A DNA stretch of 64,000 nucleotides, from assembly GCA_964514595.1 (NCBI GenBank), contig CAZEQZ010000002.1, positions 29,812 to 93,811 on the forward strand, in the 5' to 3' direction. The notes below the pieces were generated by a model. The model searched no databases. It had not been told where the DNA came from and saw only the letters and a program-made list of their open reading frames with translations. Position 1 is the stretch's first letter, and the number at the start of each line of letters is the position of its first letter. Shown piece by piece: positions 9,532-19,410 of the stretch. The DNA is from an uncultured Candidatus Saccharibacteria bacterium (GTDB lineage: Bacteria; Patescibacteriota; Dojkabacteria; SC72). Position numbers and translations under genes: made by a program.

Positions 9532-10527
9532 TCTTAATACTCCACTTCTGTTACTATTAAAGAGAATATATAGCTCCCTAGCCAATTTACTACTATCATG
9601 CCTTACAAGACTTCTTTTAAGTTCGTCCCCTTTCTGTTTCTTAATTGGATCATAAGCTACTAGGTCCCTCCTAATCACAATCCTTCCATCCCCATCGTGC
9701 AGATTATCTTCCAATATGTGCTCACCATCATCAAGATATCTTTGATATGCCTCTTTTGGAAATCTTCCATTATTAATTAATACATAGTTAACCTTTCTTC
9801 CAATATATTTCTCAACTATTTCCACTACTTCCTTCTGCGTCTTATTCCTAGTTTGTCCTATCTTACTCATTAAATTCGTAATGTATACTACCTTAGCCCT
9901 ACTCTTAGATATTTCCTCACACACACCATCTGCCAAAAGATTTGGGATTAACGTAGTGTAGACATCCCCAGGACCAAGAAGTATGTATTGAGCCCTTCTA
10001 ATCGCCTCCAAAGAGGCTTCCGTAGCCTTAGCTGGTGAATCTAAATTAAACTCCACTATATCTTTATGTTTCTCAGGTTCATCAATATAGTGCTCCCCTA
10101 CTACCTTACTCCCATCATCATATTTAGCCACTAATCTTACCTTATCCAAAGTAACTGGTATAACATCTCCTCTCACACTAAACATATTCTTATACATCTC
10201 AATAGCCTCTATTTCAGAGCCCAAGATATCTGTCATAGCTATCATAAGGAGATTTCCCAAAGTATGCCCTTTCATACTATTAGAATTTGAAAATCTGTAT
10301 GTAAAAAGCTTTCTTAGAACTTCATTATTATTCGAATCAGCTAGAGCTAGTATGGATTTTCTCACATCACTTAGAGGAAGAAGTCCAAATTCATCTCTAA
10401 CCACAGCATTACTCCCCCCATCATCCATCATACCGACAATCACACTTAGATTTAACTCTCTATATCTTTTCAAGCCTTCAAGGACCACCGTAGATCCTGT
10501 ACCTCCTCCAATTACCGTTATATTCAT
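9496..10527 (-). CDS. yvcK: YvcK/CofD-family (UPF0052) gluconeogenesis-factor-like protein
   Basis: ITVIGGGTGSTVVLEGLK ... VIVGMMDDGGSNAVVRDEFGLLPLSDVRKS matches the YvcK N-terminal signature. Confidence 0.8.
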   Translation of the reverse strand: MNITVIGGGTGSTVVLEGLKRYRELNLSVIVGMMDDGGSNAVVRDEFGLLPLSDVRKSILALADSNNNEVLRKLFTYRFSNSNSMKGHTLGNLLMIAMTDILGSEIEAIEMYKNMFSVRGDVIPVTLDKVRLVAKYDDGSKVVGEHYIDEPEKHKDIVEFNLDSPAKATEASLEAIRRAQYILLGPGDVYTTLIPNLLADGVCEEISKSRAKVVYITNLMSKIGQTRNKTQKEVVEIVEKYIGRKVNYVLINNGRFPKEAYQRYLDDGEHILEDNLHDGDGRIVIRRDLVAYDPIKKQKGDELKRSLVRHDSSKLARELYILFNSNRSGVLRLLTSFLGYYKE

Positions 10528-10584
10528 GAAAAAAGTATACCATTTTCATGGTATAATGAAAGGTTAATATTAAACACACACAGT

Positions 10585-11106
10585 ATGAAATTCAAAGTAG
10601 GATCAAAAGTTTTTTACCCCTCACACGGTGCAGGATGGATCAAAGAAGAGAAAGAAATAGAGTTTGATGGCCAAAAAAAGAGATACTTTGAATTCGAGCT
10701 AATTACAAACCCCCTTAGTATATCTACTCCTGTAGATAATGTGGAGAATTTAGGAATTAGGGATGTACTTTCTGTACAAAAAATAAAAGATATTATTAAA
10801 GTTCTAAAAAAGAACTCAAGTGTAAATCCAAAGGTAAAAGATTTTAACATGATGTTAAATATGTTTAAGGATCTAGAAGAGAGTTCTGATATAGAGGCTT
10901 CAATAAAAATAATACAGTATTGTAATTATGTAAAGAAAAGCAGAGAAAAAGAGGGACGATTAATACCTATTAGTATTGAGAAACAGTTAGAAAATGCTAT
11001 CAGGAATATAGTTGGGGAATTGGCAGTATCAAGCGGTACAACATTAAAAACAGCTTCAAAAAACTTCTCAAAAATAACCGGAATAGAGGTTGATATAGAG
11101 GAATAA
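10585..11106 (+). CDS. carD: CarD/CdnL-family transcriptional regulator
   Basis: The N-terminus FKVGSKVFYPSHGAGWIKEEKEIEFDGQKKRYFEFELITNPLSISTPV is the CarD_CdnL_TRCF RNAP-interacting domain. Its length of 173 aa is typical for CdnL. Confidence 0.8.
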   Translation: MKFKVGSKVFYPSHGAGWIKEEKEIEFDGQKKRYFEFELITNPLSISTPVDNVENLGIRDVLSVQKIKDIIKVLKKNSSVNPKVKDFNMMLNMFKDLEESSDIEASIKIIQYCNYVKKSREKEGRLIPISIEKQLENAIRNIVGELAVSSGTTLKTASKNFSKITGIEVDIEE

Positions 11107-11127
11107 TATCCATATAGAACGCAAAAA

Positions 11128-11374
11128 GCAGGATGCCGGACCTACACCGGAACTTCAACATCACCAATTTGCAAGCAAAGTAGAGATGCCTCACAACCCG
11201 AAGGAAGTGAAAAGAAGGAAGGTTCTAATAACCAACAACATCCTGCATAAGCAAGGCGCTGGACCTACACCAGAATACCGAAAACATCGCAATCCTGCGA
11301 ACAGAAAAGAGATGCCCTACAACCCGAAGGAAGTAGAAAACGGAAGATGGTTCTAATAACCAACAACACCTTGC
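11128..11374. repeat. two tandem ~120-nt GC-enriched elements (candidate structured sRNA pair), each closed by a terminal helix
   Basis: Unit A is 11128–11246 and unit B is 11251–11374. They share ggacctacacc, agagatgcc-tacaacccgaaggaagt and ggttctaataaccaacaaca. Unit A is closed by GCAGGATG/CATCCTGC and unit B by GCAAGG/CCTTGC, so the closing helix changed compensatorily. They lie between the convergent 3' ends of carD and ileS. Confidence 0.4.
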
Positions 11375-11468
11375 ATATCATGAGTAAAAACTCAAGTTTT
11401 AAAGAGCGTAGCAAGACTTTAGTAAAAATTTGGCAAGATGTCAATAGCCACAACCGAGCTTATAGTAA

Positions 11469-14438
11469 TCACTCGAAAAGCACCATAACTTTAGTCCCAG
11501 CAATACTAAATCCACCTTCCATATTTTCATCATTTTCAACAACATCTACCTCCTTGGCTTGTAAAGCCTTACTATTCTCCACTACATACTCAGAAAGCAC
11601 CTCACTAGCCTCCCCGCCTTGAAAGAAGAACTTAACTTTAACCATATCATCCATCCTCAGGCCTTTCTTCTTTCTCATGTCTCTATACTTTCTTAAGAAG
11701 TCATTCACTATACCCTCATTTTTTAGTTCATCAGTTATATTAGTATCCAAAGATACATATAACTCATTCTCTCCTACTGTTACAATCCCTTCAGCTTCGA
11801 TGGGTTTCTCCGAAAAAGCAACCTCTTTTAGATTTAACTCTTCCTTTACAATCTTCATCACATAATCATCATCCACACCTACATATGCTTTAGTTAATGG
11901 TTGTCTTAAACTTACTTTAGATATCTCCCTTGCCTGAAGACCATTAGAACAGATCTCTCTAACAATCATCATTTTATCAAGCAATTCTTTATCTACCTCC
12001 TTCTCAGAAAATTCTGGATACTCTTCTAAATGAACTGACTCCTTATGATTTTTAATACCTGCCTTTACAACTAGATTCTGGTATATCTCCTCCGAAAGAA
12101 AAGGCATTTGAGGTGCAAATGTCTTTGCAAACAGCACCATAGTCGCATACAATGTCTGAAGTGCATCCGAACTACCTTCCGCAAACCTATTCCTTGATCT
12201 CCTTATCCACCATTGCGATATATTGTCTATACAGGGCTGTATCAACTTAACCGAAGCAGGGATATTGTACTCCTCCAAAGCATTTGCATACTGCATAGAT
12301 ATACTCTTCATATATGATTCCATCCACTTATCCAGGTTATCTTTCGATGTATACTCTGTACTCTCTGGGGACCAAGCATGTATGTTTGCATACAAAGATA
12401 GATATCTATATGTGTTCCAAAGAGGAATTAATATATCCTTTATTTGCTCATCTAGTAATTCATCTGACCAAGAGATGTCTCCTCCTGCCATAATTGGTGT
12501 GGACATAATATACAATCTCAAAGCTTCACCACCCTTTGCTTCCAACGTTTCTTTTGGATCAGAGTAGTTTTGATATGACTTACTCATCTTTCGGCCATCA
12601 TTCCCAAACATAACCCCAGTACAAACAACATTTTTATATGGTATATCATCAAAAAGAAGAACGGACATTCTGAATAACACATTAAACCACGCCCTTATTT
12701 GCCCAGTATACTCAACTATGAAATCAGCAGGAAACGCATCCTCAAAAGCATCTTTATTTTCAAACGGATAGTGATGCTCTGCAAAAGGTACACTACCGGA
12801 GTCCATCCAACAATCTAGCACCTCAGGAACTCTTCTAAATTCTTTTCCATCCTTTTTCAGAATTAACTGATCACAAACATCTCTATGCAAAGTCATTTTC
12901 TTTCCATTAACTCTATACTCTACCCCACCTTCTTCCTTCTCCACTTTCTCTATCTGATCTGTGTACTCCATCATCTCTTCCATACTTCCAACTACTAACT
13001 GCTCCCCATCCTCACTTTCCCACACAGGCATAATTGTTGCCCAATACCTATTTCTTGATATAGCCCAATCTGGAGAGGTTTCTAAAACATACTCAAATCT
13101 CTTTTTAAAAGTGGCTGGAACCCAATTAATCTTTTTCTGAAGTTCAAGCATCTTAGGCTTTATCTTCTGTATATCGATAAAATATGAATCTTGAGTCATA
13201 TATATCAACGGATTAGCGCCTCTATAGAAAGGAAGTCTATGTATATAATTTTCTGACCTTAACAATTTCTCCTGTTTTTTTAGATCCTCCACAATTAAGG
13301 GGGATGCGTCTCTAATATATATACCCTTCCAATCTTCATCTAACATATTTCCTGCTTCATCTATATGAACCACGACACTAAGACCTAGTTCTTTTCCAAG
13401 ATTAAAGTCCACCTCTCCAAATCCAGGCGCTATATGCAATACCCCTGTACCTTCGTCTGAAACCACATCATCTGAGAGGTACACATGCCAATCTTTCTCA
13501 GTTGCATTGTCAGCATAGAAATCGTATACAGGTTCATACTCCAAGCCTTCTAACTCTGTTCCTTCTATACTCTTTATCACTTCGTACTGATCATCCCCAA
13601 AGGTATATCCCAATCGATCAGTAGCAACAACTAAGTATTCATCCTTATACTTAACTATTGAGTACTCGTATTCCTTGTTCACGGCAAGTGCAAAATTGGC
13701 GGGTATGGTCCATGCAGTCGTTGTCCATGCAACCAACTTAACAGGTTCTCCATTAGTATATTGTTTAAACTTATCACTTTTTAACTTAAACTTAACAAAT
13801 ATTGCAATATCCTCAACATCCTCGTAAGTATCATCCATAGCAACTTCAAAATTCGAAACAGGAGTTGATGCATCCGTGGAATATAACGAAACCCTCTTCC
13901 CTTTATATATATATCCCTTATCCCAAATCTGTTTAAAGGCCCAAATTACAGACTCATTAAATTCTGGATCCATGGTACGATATGCATTGTCCAAATCTAC
14001 CCACCTTCCTATTTTTTCAATATACCATCTCCAATCAGTTATCCCTTTCTCTACATATCTCCTACACTCTCCCACATACTCATCTACACCTATTCTCTCC
14101 TCAATATCTCTTCTATCCTTAACATTCAAATTCTTACTCACCCTTTCTTCTATCGGCAATCCATGACAATCCCAACCCCAAATCCTCCTAACCCTATATC
14201 CTTTCATTGTCCAATACCTTGGGATTATATCCTTAGGTATAGATACTAAAAGAGATGCATAGTGGGGAGTTCCCGTTACGAAAGGAGGCCCATCCACAAA
14301 TGAAAATCTTTTATCTTTCGGCCTACTCTCAACACTCTTTCTAAAAGTATCATTCTCTTTCCAAAACTCAATAAGAGTATCTTCTAAACTACTAAAATTT
14401 GGCTTGGGATTTACCTCTTGTATTTTAGATTTCCCCAT
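11469..14438 (-). CDS. ileS: isoleucyl-tRNA synthetase, eukaryote-like type 2
   Basis: PPFVTGTPHYASLL (HIGH-type region), KMSKSYQNY (KMSKS) and the DWAISRNRYW motif in a 989-aa protein. The N-terminus resembles eukaryote-type IleRS (EFWKEN...KDKRFSF.DGPPF). Confidence 0.85.
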   Translation of the reverse strand: MGKSKIQEVNPKPNFSSLEDTLIEFWKENDTFRKSVESRPKDKRFSFVDGPPFVTGTPHYASLLVSIPKDIIPRYWTMKGYRVRRIWGWDCHGLPIEERVSKNLNVKDRRDIEERIGVDEYVGECRRYVEKGITDWRWYIEKIGRWVDLDNAYRTMDPEFNESVIWAFKQIWDKGYIYKGKRVSLYSTDASTPVSNFEVAMDDTYEDVEDIAIFVKFKLKSDKFKQYTNGEPVKLVAWTTTAWTIPANFALAVNKEYEYSIVKYKDEYLVVATDRLGYTFGDDQYEVIKSIEGTELEGLEYEPVYDFYADNATEKDWHVYLSDDVVSDEGTGVLHIAPGFGEVDFNLGKELGLSVVVHIDEAGNMLDEDWKGIYIRDASPLIVEDLKKQEKLLRSENYIHRLPFYRGANPLIYMTQDSYFIDIQKIKPKMLELQKKINWVPATFKKRFEYVLETSPDWAISRNRYWATIMPVWESEDGEQLVVGSMEEMMEYTDQIEKVEKEEGGVEYRVNGKKMTLHRDVCDQLILKKDGKEFRRVPEVLDCWMDSGSVPFAEHHYPFENKDAFEDAFPADFIVEYTGQIRAWFNVLFRMSVLLFDDIPYKNVVCTGVMFGNDGRKMSKSYQNYSDPKETLEAKGGEALRLYIMSTPIMAGGDISWSDELLDEQIKDILIPLWNTYRYLSLYANIHAWSPESTEYTSKDNLDKWMESYMKSISMQYANALEEYNIPASVKLIQPCIDNISQWWIRRSRNRFAEGSSDALQTLYATMVLFAKTFAPQMPFLSEEIYQNLVVKAGIKNHKESVHLEEYPEFSEKEVDKELLDKMMIVREICSNGLQAREISKVSLRQPLTKAYVGVDDDYVMKIVKEELNLKEVAFSEKPIEAEGIVTVGENELYVSLDTNITDELKNEGIVNDFLRKYRDMRKKKGLRMDDMVKVKFFFQGGEASEVLSEYVVENSKALQAKEVDVVENDENMEGGFSIAGTKVMVLFE

Positions 14439-14458
14439 ATATCAAACTGTCATATATT

Positions 14459-14665
14459 AAATAAACAAAAGCCCCCTCATTAAAACTAATATATCTAGTA
14501 TATATTAATATTAACAAAGGGGCGAACTATTTAGTACGCGGTACCACCCTATTTTGTTCTTAACCACATAATATGGTTTAGGTATTATATCGATTACCAA
14601 TCGTTGGGTTCTATTTGTCATATGACTTTCTTCCCACCACTCACCAGTGATATCTGGATCAAAGT
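14459..14665 (-). promoter_or_regulatory. T-box riboswitch leader of ileS (promoter, T-box sequence, terminator/antiterminator)
   Basis: The reverse complement of 14535–14553 reads AATAGGGTGGTACCGCGTA, an exact match to the conserved T-box core AGGGTGGTACCGCG. Downstream on the minus strand is a terminator, CGCCCCT...AGGGGGC followed by TTTTGTTTATTT (14459–14523). An extended -10, TGATATAAT, lies at about 14674–14682 on the minus strand. Confidence 0.65.
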
Positions 14666-14710
14666 GTTACGTTATTATATCACACCAAAAACTCTTCTGA
14701 ATATCTTTTA

Positions 14711-16495
14711 GTGTATAATACTGTGATGAAAACAACCTGGAATCTCAAACTACTATACAACTCCCCAAATGATCCCAATATTGAAAAGGATATAAAAAAA
14801 TCAAAAAGATTAGTTTCTGCATTTTGTAGGAAGTGGGAAGATGATAGTAGATATACTAAGAATTCTAAGGTATTAAAAGAAGCTTTGGATGATTATGAGA
14901 AACTAATACTTTCTAATCCCTTCTGTGACAAACCACTATACTACCTTGCTCTAAAGAATTCCTTAAACCAGACAGATATTGATGTTAAAGCAAAGATGAA
15001 CAAAGTCGGAGATATAGCGACAAAGCTATACAATGAAATACAATTTTTCGAATTAAATATTTCCAAAATTCCCATAGAAAAACAGAAGAAATTATTAACA
15101 AGCCCCGTCTTAAAAGAATACAAACATTTCCTAGAGAGGATATTTCTTCTGTCCAAATATCTCCTAACTGAGAAGGAGGAAAAAATCTTCACATTAACAA
15201 GTAAAACTTCACATTCTAATTGGGTTAGTATGATGGATGAACTACTAGATAAACAATTATTGAAGGTAAACCACGGGGGAAAGAAAAAGATAACTATCCC
15301 ATACAATGAAGTTAACAAGTATTTAGATTCTAAAGAGAAGAAGGTTAGAGATTATGTTGTTAAAAAATACAACGAGGTTAATAACAGGTATCTTGAGATA
15401 GCAGAATTTGAAATTAATTCCGTTTTAGAAAGTAAAAAGATATCCGATGAGTACAGAGGTATTCCAAGACCAGATTTAACAAGACATATATCAGATGATA
15501 TCGATTCTAAAGTAGTAGATACCCTTGTTGAAGCAGTTTCAAACAATTTCAATATACCAAGAGACTTCTATAAACTTAAAGCAAAATTACTCAATCAAAA
15601 AAAGCTAGGATACTACGAAAGAAATGTGCCATTAGGCGACGTGGATATGGAGTATACATTTAACGATGGAATGAAATTAGTCAAAGATACACTCTATGAT
15701 CTTGATTCTGAGTTTGGAGCTATTTTTAATAGGTTTGTGAATGAGGGTCAGGTTGATGTATTTCCTAAAACAAATAAATCGGGGGGAGCATACTGTACAT
15801 CCCCAGAGAAAACATTACCGACATTCATACTTCTAAATCATACCGACAGATTAAATGATGTTTTAACAATAGCCCATGAAAGTGGACACGGTATTCACTC
15901 CGAGATGTCTAAGGTACAAAATTCTCTTAATTGTAACTATCCCATATCATTGGCAGAGGTAGCTAGTATATTCTTTGAGGATTTTGTATTAGAAGAGATA
16001 CTTAAAAATTCTGATGAGGAAACAAAGTTTTCAATATTAACACAGAAATTAAATTCAGATATATCTTCTGTATTCAGGCAGGTAGCTTTCTATAACTTTG
16101 AGACAGAATTACATACTGAATTTAAAAAAAGAGGATATCTAAGTAAGGAGTATATTTCAGATATGTTCTGTAAACACATGCGTTCATATATGGGAGATAC
16201 TGTTTTACAAGATGACAGTATGAAGACGGGCTGGATATATGTAGGTCATTTTAGAAGATTTTTTTATGTCTATTCCTATGCTAGCGGATTACTTATATCC
16301 AAGGCATTACAAAGTATGGTCAGAGAAGATAAAAAGAATATATCTTTAGTAAAGAAACTCCTTAGTTCAGGAAGTACACAATCTCCTAAGGATTTGTTTA
16401 AGGGTATGGGAATTGATATAATGGATAAGGATTTTTGGAATAGAGGGATAATAGAAATAGAAAAATCCCTAAAAGAAATTAAATTGAAAAATTAA
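14711..16495 (+). CDS. pepF: M3B-family oligoendopeptidase F
   Basis: Zinc HExxH motif IAHESGHGIHSE in a protein of the right length with the M3B architecture. The start may instead be the second ATG at 14726. Confidence 0.8.
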   Translation: MYNTVMKTTWNLKLLYNSPNDPNIEKDIKKSKRLVSAFCRKWEDDSRYTKNSKVLKEALDDYEKLILSNPFCDKPLYYLALKNSLNQTDIDVKAKMNKVGDIATKLYNEIQFFELNISKIPIEKQKKLLTSPVLKEYKHFLERIFLLSKYLLTEKEEKIFTLTSKTSHSNWVSMMDELLDKQLLKVNHGGKKKITIPYNEVNKYLDSKEKKVRDYVVKKYNEVNNRYLEIAEFEINSVLESKKISDEYRGIPRPDLTRHISDDIDSKVVDTLVEAVSNNFNIPRDFYKLKAKLLNQKKLGYYERNVPLGDVDMEYTFNDGMKLVKDTLYDLDSEFGAIFNRFVNEGQVDVFPKTNKSGGAYCTSPEKTLPTFILLNHTDRLNDVLTIAHESGHGIHSEMSKVQNSLNCNYPISLAEVASIFFEDFVLEEILKNSDEETKFSILTQKLNSDISSVFRQVAFYNFETELHTEFKKRGYLSKEYISDMFCKHMRSYMGDTVLQDDSMKTGWIYVGHFRRFFYVYSYASGLLISKALQSMVREDKKNISLVKKLLSSGSTQSPKDLFKGMGIDIMDKDFWNRGIIEIEKSLKEIKLKN

Positions 16496-16499
16496 ACAA

Positions 16500-17045
16500 A
16501 TGGATTACACAGAGCCAATATCATCCTCAGAAACAGAGGGAATATCTATGCCTGAAGATATAAAAAAATATTTTGACCAAAAAATAGAAGAGCTTGGAGA
16601 TATTAAAATTAGCTATACAGATACCTTTTATAGAGAAGAAGGAGACATTGCTTTTGCTGCTGTAGAAGTACAAGAGATGAAGGACGTTATAGAAAGTAAG
16701 GAGTATCCTTTGGGAAGAAAGATAGAAAGCTATCCTTTCGCAGTAATGACAGATCTGAATGCCAAAGAAGGAGAAAGAACTTTAGAACCAACTACACTAG
16801 AGGACTTAACAGTAGAAATATTAAGAAAGAACAACTTAAGAGAGGCTTTAGAAAATAAGACAGGTATAATGCTTCAGAACGGAGAGATTATTGTACTTGT
16901 AAACCCAACTAGCTTCATGGACGGTGCCCCATCAACAAAAGGAGAGCTAGATCATGCGATTATGATCCCAAGCGCAACAAAAAACAGCGATAAAGAAGCA
17001 GCCAAGATTTCTTCAGCTCCACGAAGATCTGACCAAATTAAATAG
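16500..17045 (+). CDS. hypothetical protein
   Basis: 181-aa acidic ORF with no recognisable motif. Its 3' end overlaps pcm convergently. Confidence 0.35.
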   Translation: MDYTEPISSSETEGISMPEDIKKYFDQKIEELGDIKISYTDTFYREEGDIAFAAVEVQEMKDVIESKEYPLGRKIESYPFAVMTDLNAKEGERTLEPTTLEDLTVEILRKNNLREALENKTGIMLQNGEIIVLVNPTSFMDGAPSTKGELDHAIMIPSATKNSDKEAAKISSAPRRSDQIK

Positions 17046-17649
17046 TCTTTAACTCAACAAAAGAGAAACCGTAATACTCTTCCCTGATTACTTCTTCCTT
17101 TTTCTTAATTACTTTGTATATAGACTCCTGTATAGGAATAACCATTACTCCATTCTCCTTTAGTTGATCTAACAATTCCTTTGGAAATTTCTTAGCAGAT
17201 GCAGATACCAATATCCTATCAAACACCTCCCCTGGAATACCTAATTTATCAGTTGCTTTTGATATCTCTGCATTCTCTAGATTATATTTTGAAATATTCT
17301 CCCTACCCATATCCACCAATTCTTGTAGTAACTCTACACCGTAAACATATCCCTCCCTCCCTACAATACTAGACAGTAACGCTGTACTCCATCCACTACC
17401 ACTACCTATATCCAAAACCTTATGCCCTTCCTTAAGATTAAGAAGTTCTAACATAAAAGCAACTGTATACGGTTGAGATACTGTTTGATCATATCCTATG
17501 GGTAGTGCAATATCTCTATATGCAATATCTTTGTACTTAGGTAGTACAAAATCAATGCGATCAATATCTAAAAAGGCCTTAATTATATCCTTACTCTTTA
17601 ATACACCACTATCTATTAAACTTTGTACCAATTCCTTATTACTCTCCAT
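17038..17649 (-). CDS. pcm: protein-L-isoaspartate(D-aspartate) O-methyltransferase
   Basis: TVSQPYTVAFMLELLNLKEGHKVLDIGSGSGWSTALL ... GYVYGVELLQELV matches the PCMT signature. Confidence 0.85.
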   Translation of the reverse strand: MESNKELVQSLIDSGVLKSKDIIKAFLDIDRIDFVLPKYKDIAYRDIALPIGYDQTVSQPYTVAFMLELLNLKEGHKVLDIGSGSGWSTALLSSIVGREGYVYGVELLQELVDMGRENISKYNLENAEISKATDKLGIPGEVFDRILVSASAKKFPKELLDQLKENGVMVIPIQESIYKVIKKKEEVIREEYYGFSFVELKTI

Positions 17650-17650
17650 A

Positions 17651-17724
17651 TGGTTGCCGGACCTAGATTCGAACTAGGATTAACGGTTTCAGAGACCGTC
17701 GTCCTACCATTAGACGATCCGGCA
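17651..17724 (-). tRNA. tRNA-Gln (anticodon CUG), CCA encoded
   Basis: Minus-strand sequence TGCCGGA-TC-GTCT-AATGGTA-GGAC-G-ACGGT-CTCTGAA-ACCGT-TAAT-CCTAG-TTCGAAT-CTAGG-TCCGGCA-A-CCA. It folds as a cloverleaf with a 7-nt anticodon loop CTCTGAA. Confidence 0.8.
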
Positions 17725-17733
17725 ATGGATATA

Positions 17734-19353
17734 TTATATCATCATATCAATATATTTCTGTATCCTCCCCTTAACCGTATCCTCTCCTAATACCTGTATA
17801 ACCTGATATAAATCTGGTGTCCTTGTTCTATGTGTTATAGCAACCCTAAGTATCATAGCCACATCCCCCACCTTTTCATAACCCAATTGCGAGGCTAGAT
17901 TCTTAATCTTTTCAAACCACTCTTCTTGAGAATCATCTATATTAAACAATTCCAAATATCTCTCCAATATCTTCTTCTGGTCTTCTTTCTCAACCCTACC
18001 CGAAATATCCTCCACTTCTTCTTTCTCTAATAGCGCATCAAAAAACATACCTAATTGTCCTCTAATATTCTCAAATTTAACAAGATCTTTTCTAATCTTT
18101 TCGCCCGTTCTTTCAATATTAAATATTGATATACAGTAATCTTTGTTTTCTTTGAGTAGTTCATACACTTCACTATCATATACCTTAGCCCACTCCATAC
18201 CCATATCATATACCTGCTCTGAAGTTAGTGTGGATATATACTCCTTGCATGTATCATCTAGTTTTACTATATCAAACAAAGCTCCTGCTTTATTAAATTT
18301 TTCAATCTTTAATTCAAATTCCTCTATATCCTTTTCTGGATTCTGTATACGCCAATCATAGAAATTGGAATTAGCAACATTCAAAAGATACTCAAGTATT
18401 CCCTCCTTTGGATAACCTCTCTCTAAGTAGTATGAGACTGAAGCCTCAGGATCTTTTCTTTTACTCAGTTTCCTCTTTTTCCCATCGTCTAATTTCATTA
18501 AAGGAGATACATGAGCATAAGGTATTTTCTCAAATCCTAACTTCTCAAAAAGCTCTACATGCAAAGGAACTGAAGAAAACCACTCATCTCCCCTAATTAC
18601 ATGAGTTATACCCATTAAAATATCATCTATGGGATGTGCGAAGTGATATGTGGGAAATCCATCAGATTTAAGCAAGACAGCATCCATATCATTCTCTCGC
18701 AATGTAACGCCACCTTTTACTAAATCTTGCATATTAAAACTGTTATCAATACTTCCCGTTGAATACAACCTTATTACAAACTCTTTTCTCTCTTTTAACA
18801 AACTCTCAATTTCTTCCAAAGAGCTATCCCTATACTTAGCCCATCTTCCATAACACCCTGTTCTCTCCTTTAACTCCTCCTGCTTATGTCTAATCTCCTC
18901 CAACTCTTCCTCCGTTAAGAAACATGGGTATGCATTACCCTTAGATACCATGTCCTTTGCAAAGACATGATATATATCAAGCCTTTTACTTTGGATATAA
19001 GGTCCATACTCTCCTTTCCAGTTCTCCTCATCAATCATACCCTCATCGAATTCAATACCAAAACCCTTAAGTCCTTCAACTATCTGTGTTACACCGTTCT
19101 CTATCTCCCTCTCTTTATCCGTATCTTCTATTCTAAGTATAGATATGCCATCACTTTGTTTTGCCAGTTTAGTACATACAAAGCCTGTATATATACTACC
19201 TATATGCAAGAAACCTGTGGGACTGGGTGCAAACCTCAATACCATACCGTCCATTACTCTCTCGGGATACCTTTTGAATACATCCTCTGGTGTCTCTTTT
19301 ACATCAGGAAAAAGCAAATTAGCTAATCGTATATTATCCTCTTTTGTTCTCAT
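17734..19353 (-). CDS. gltX: glutamyl-tRNA synthetase, possibly non-discriminating
   Basis: RFAPSPTGFLHIGS (the HIGH region in GluRS form) and RKLSKRKD (the KLSKR form of KMSKS). It lies directly upstream of tRNA-Gln on the same strand. Confidence 0.85.
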   Translation of the reverse strand: MRTKEDNIRLANLLFPDVKETPEDVFKRYPERVMDGMVLRFAPSPTGFLHIGSIYTGFVCTKLAKQSDGISILRIEDTDKEREIENGVTQIVEGLKGFGIEFDEGMIDEENWKGEYGPYIQSKRLDIYHVFAKDMVSKGNAYPCFLTEEELEEIRHKQEELKERTGCYGRWAKYRDSSLEEIESLLKERKEFVIRLYSTGSIDNSFNMQDLVKGGVTLRENDMDAVLLKSDGFPTYHFAHPIDDILMGITHVIRGDEWFSSVPLHVELFEKLGFEKIPYAHVSPLMKLDDGKKRKLSKRKDPEASVSYYLERGYPKEGILEYLLNVANSNFYDWRIQNPEKDIEEFELKIEKFNKAGALFDIVKLDDTCKEYISTLTSEQVYDMGMEWAKVYDSEVYELLKENKDYCISIFNIERTGEKIRKDLVKFENIRGQLGMFFDALLEKEEVEDISGRVEKEDQKKILERYLELFNIDDSQEEWFEKIKNLASQLGYEKVGDVAMILRVAITHRTRTPDLYQVIQVLGEDTVKGRIQKYIDMMI

Positions 19354-19410
19354 ATTAATACTGGTAATATTAATGTTGATACAATATTTAAGTACTGCTA
19401 AGATTATATC

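Noticed and set aside
11128-11374. Possible CRISPR array
   Set aside because: There are only two long (~120-nt) diverged repeat units with no short unique spacers, and no cas genes are in the window.
11347-11622. 91-aa plus-strand ORF
   Set aside because: It overlaps the tandem structured element and the 3' end of ileS on the opposite strand, and its composition is low-complexity.
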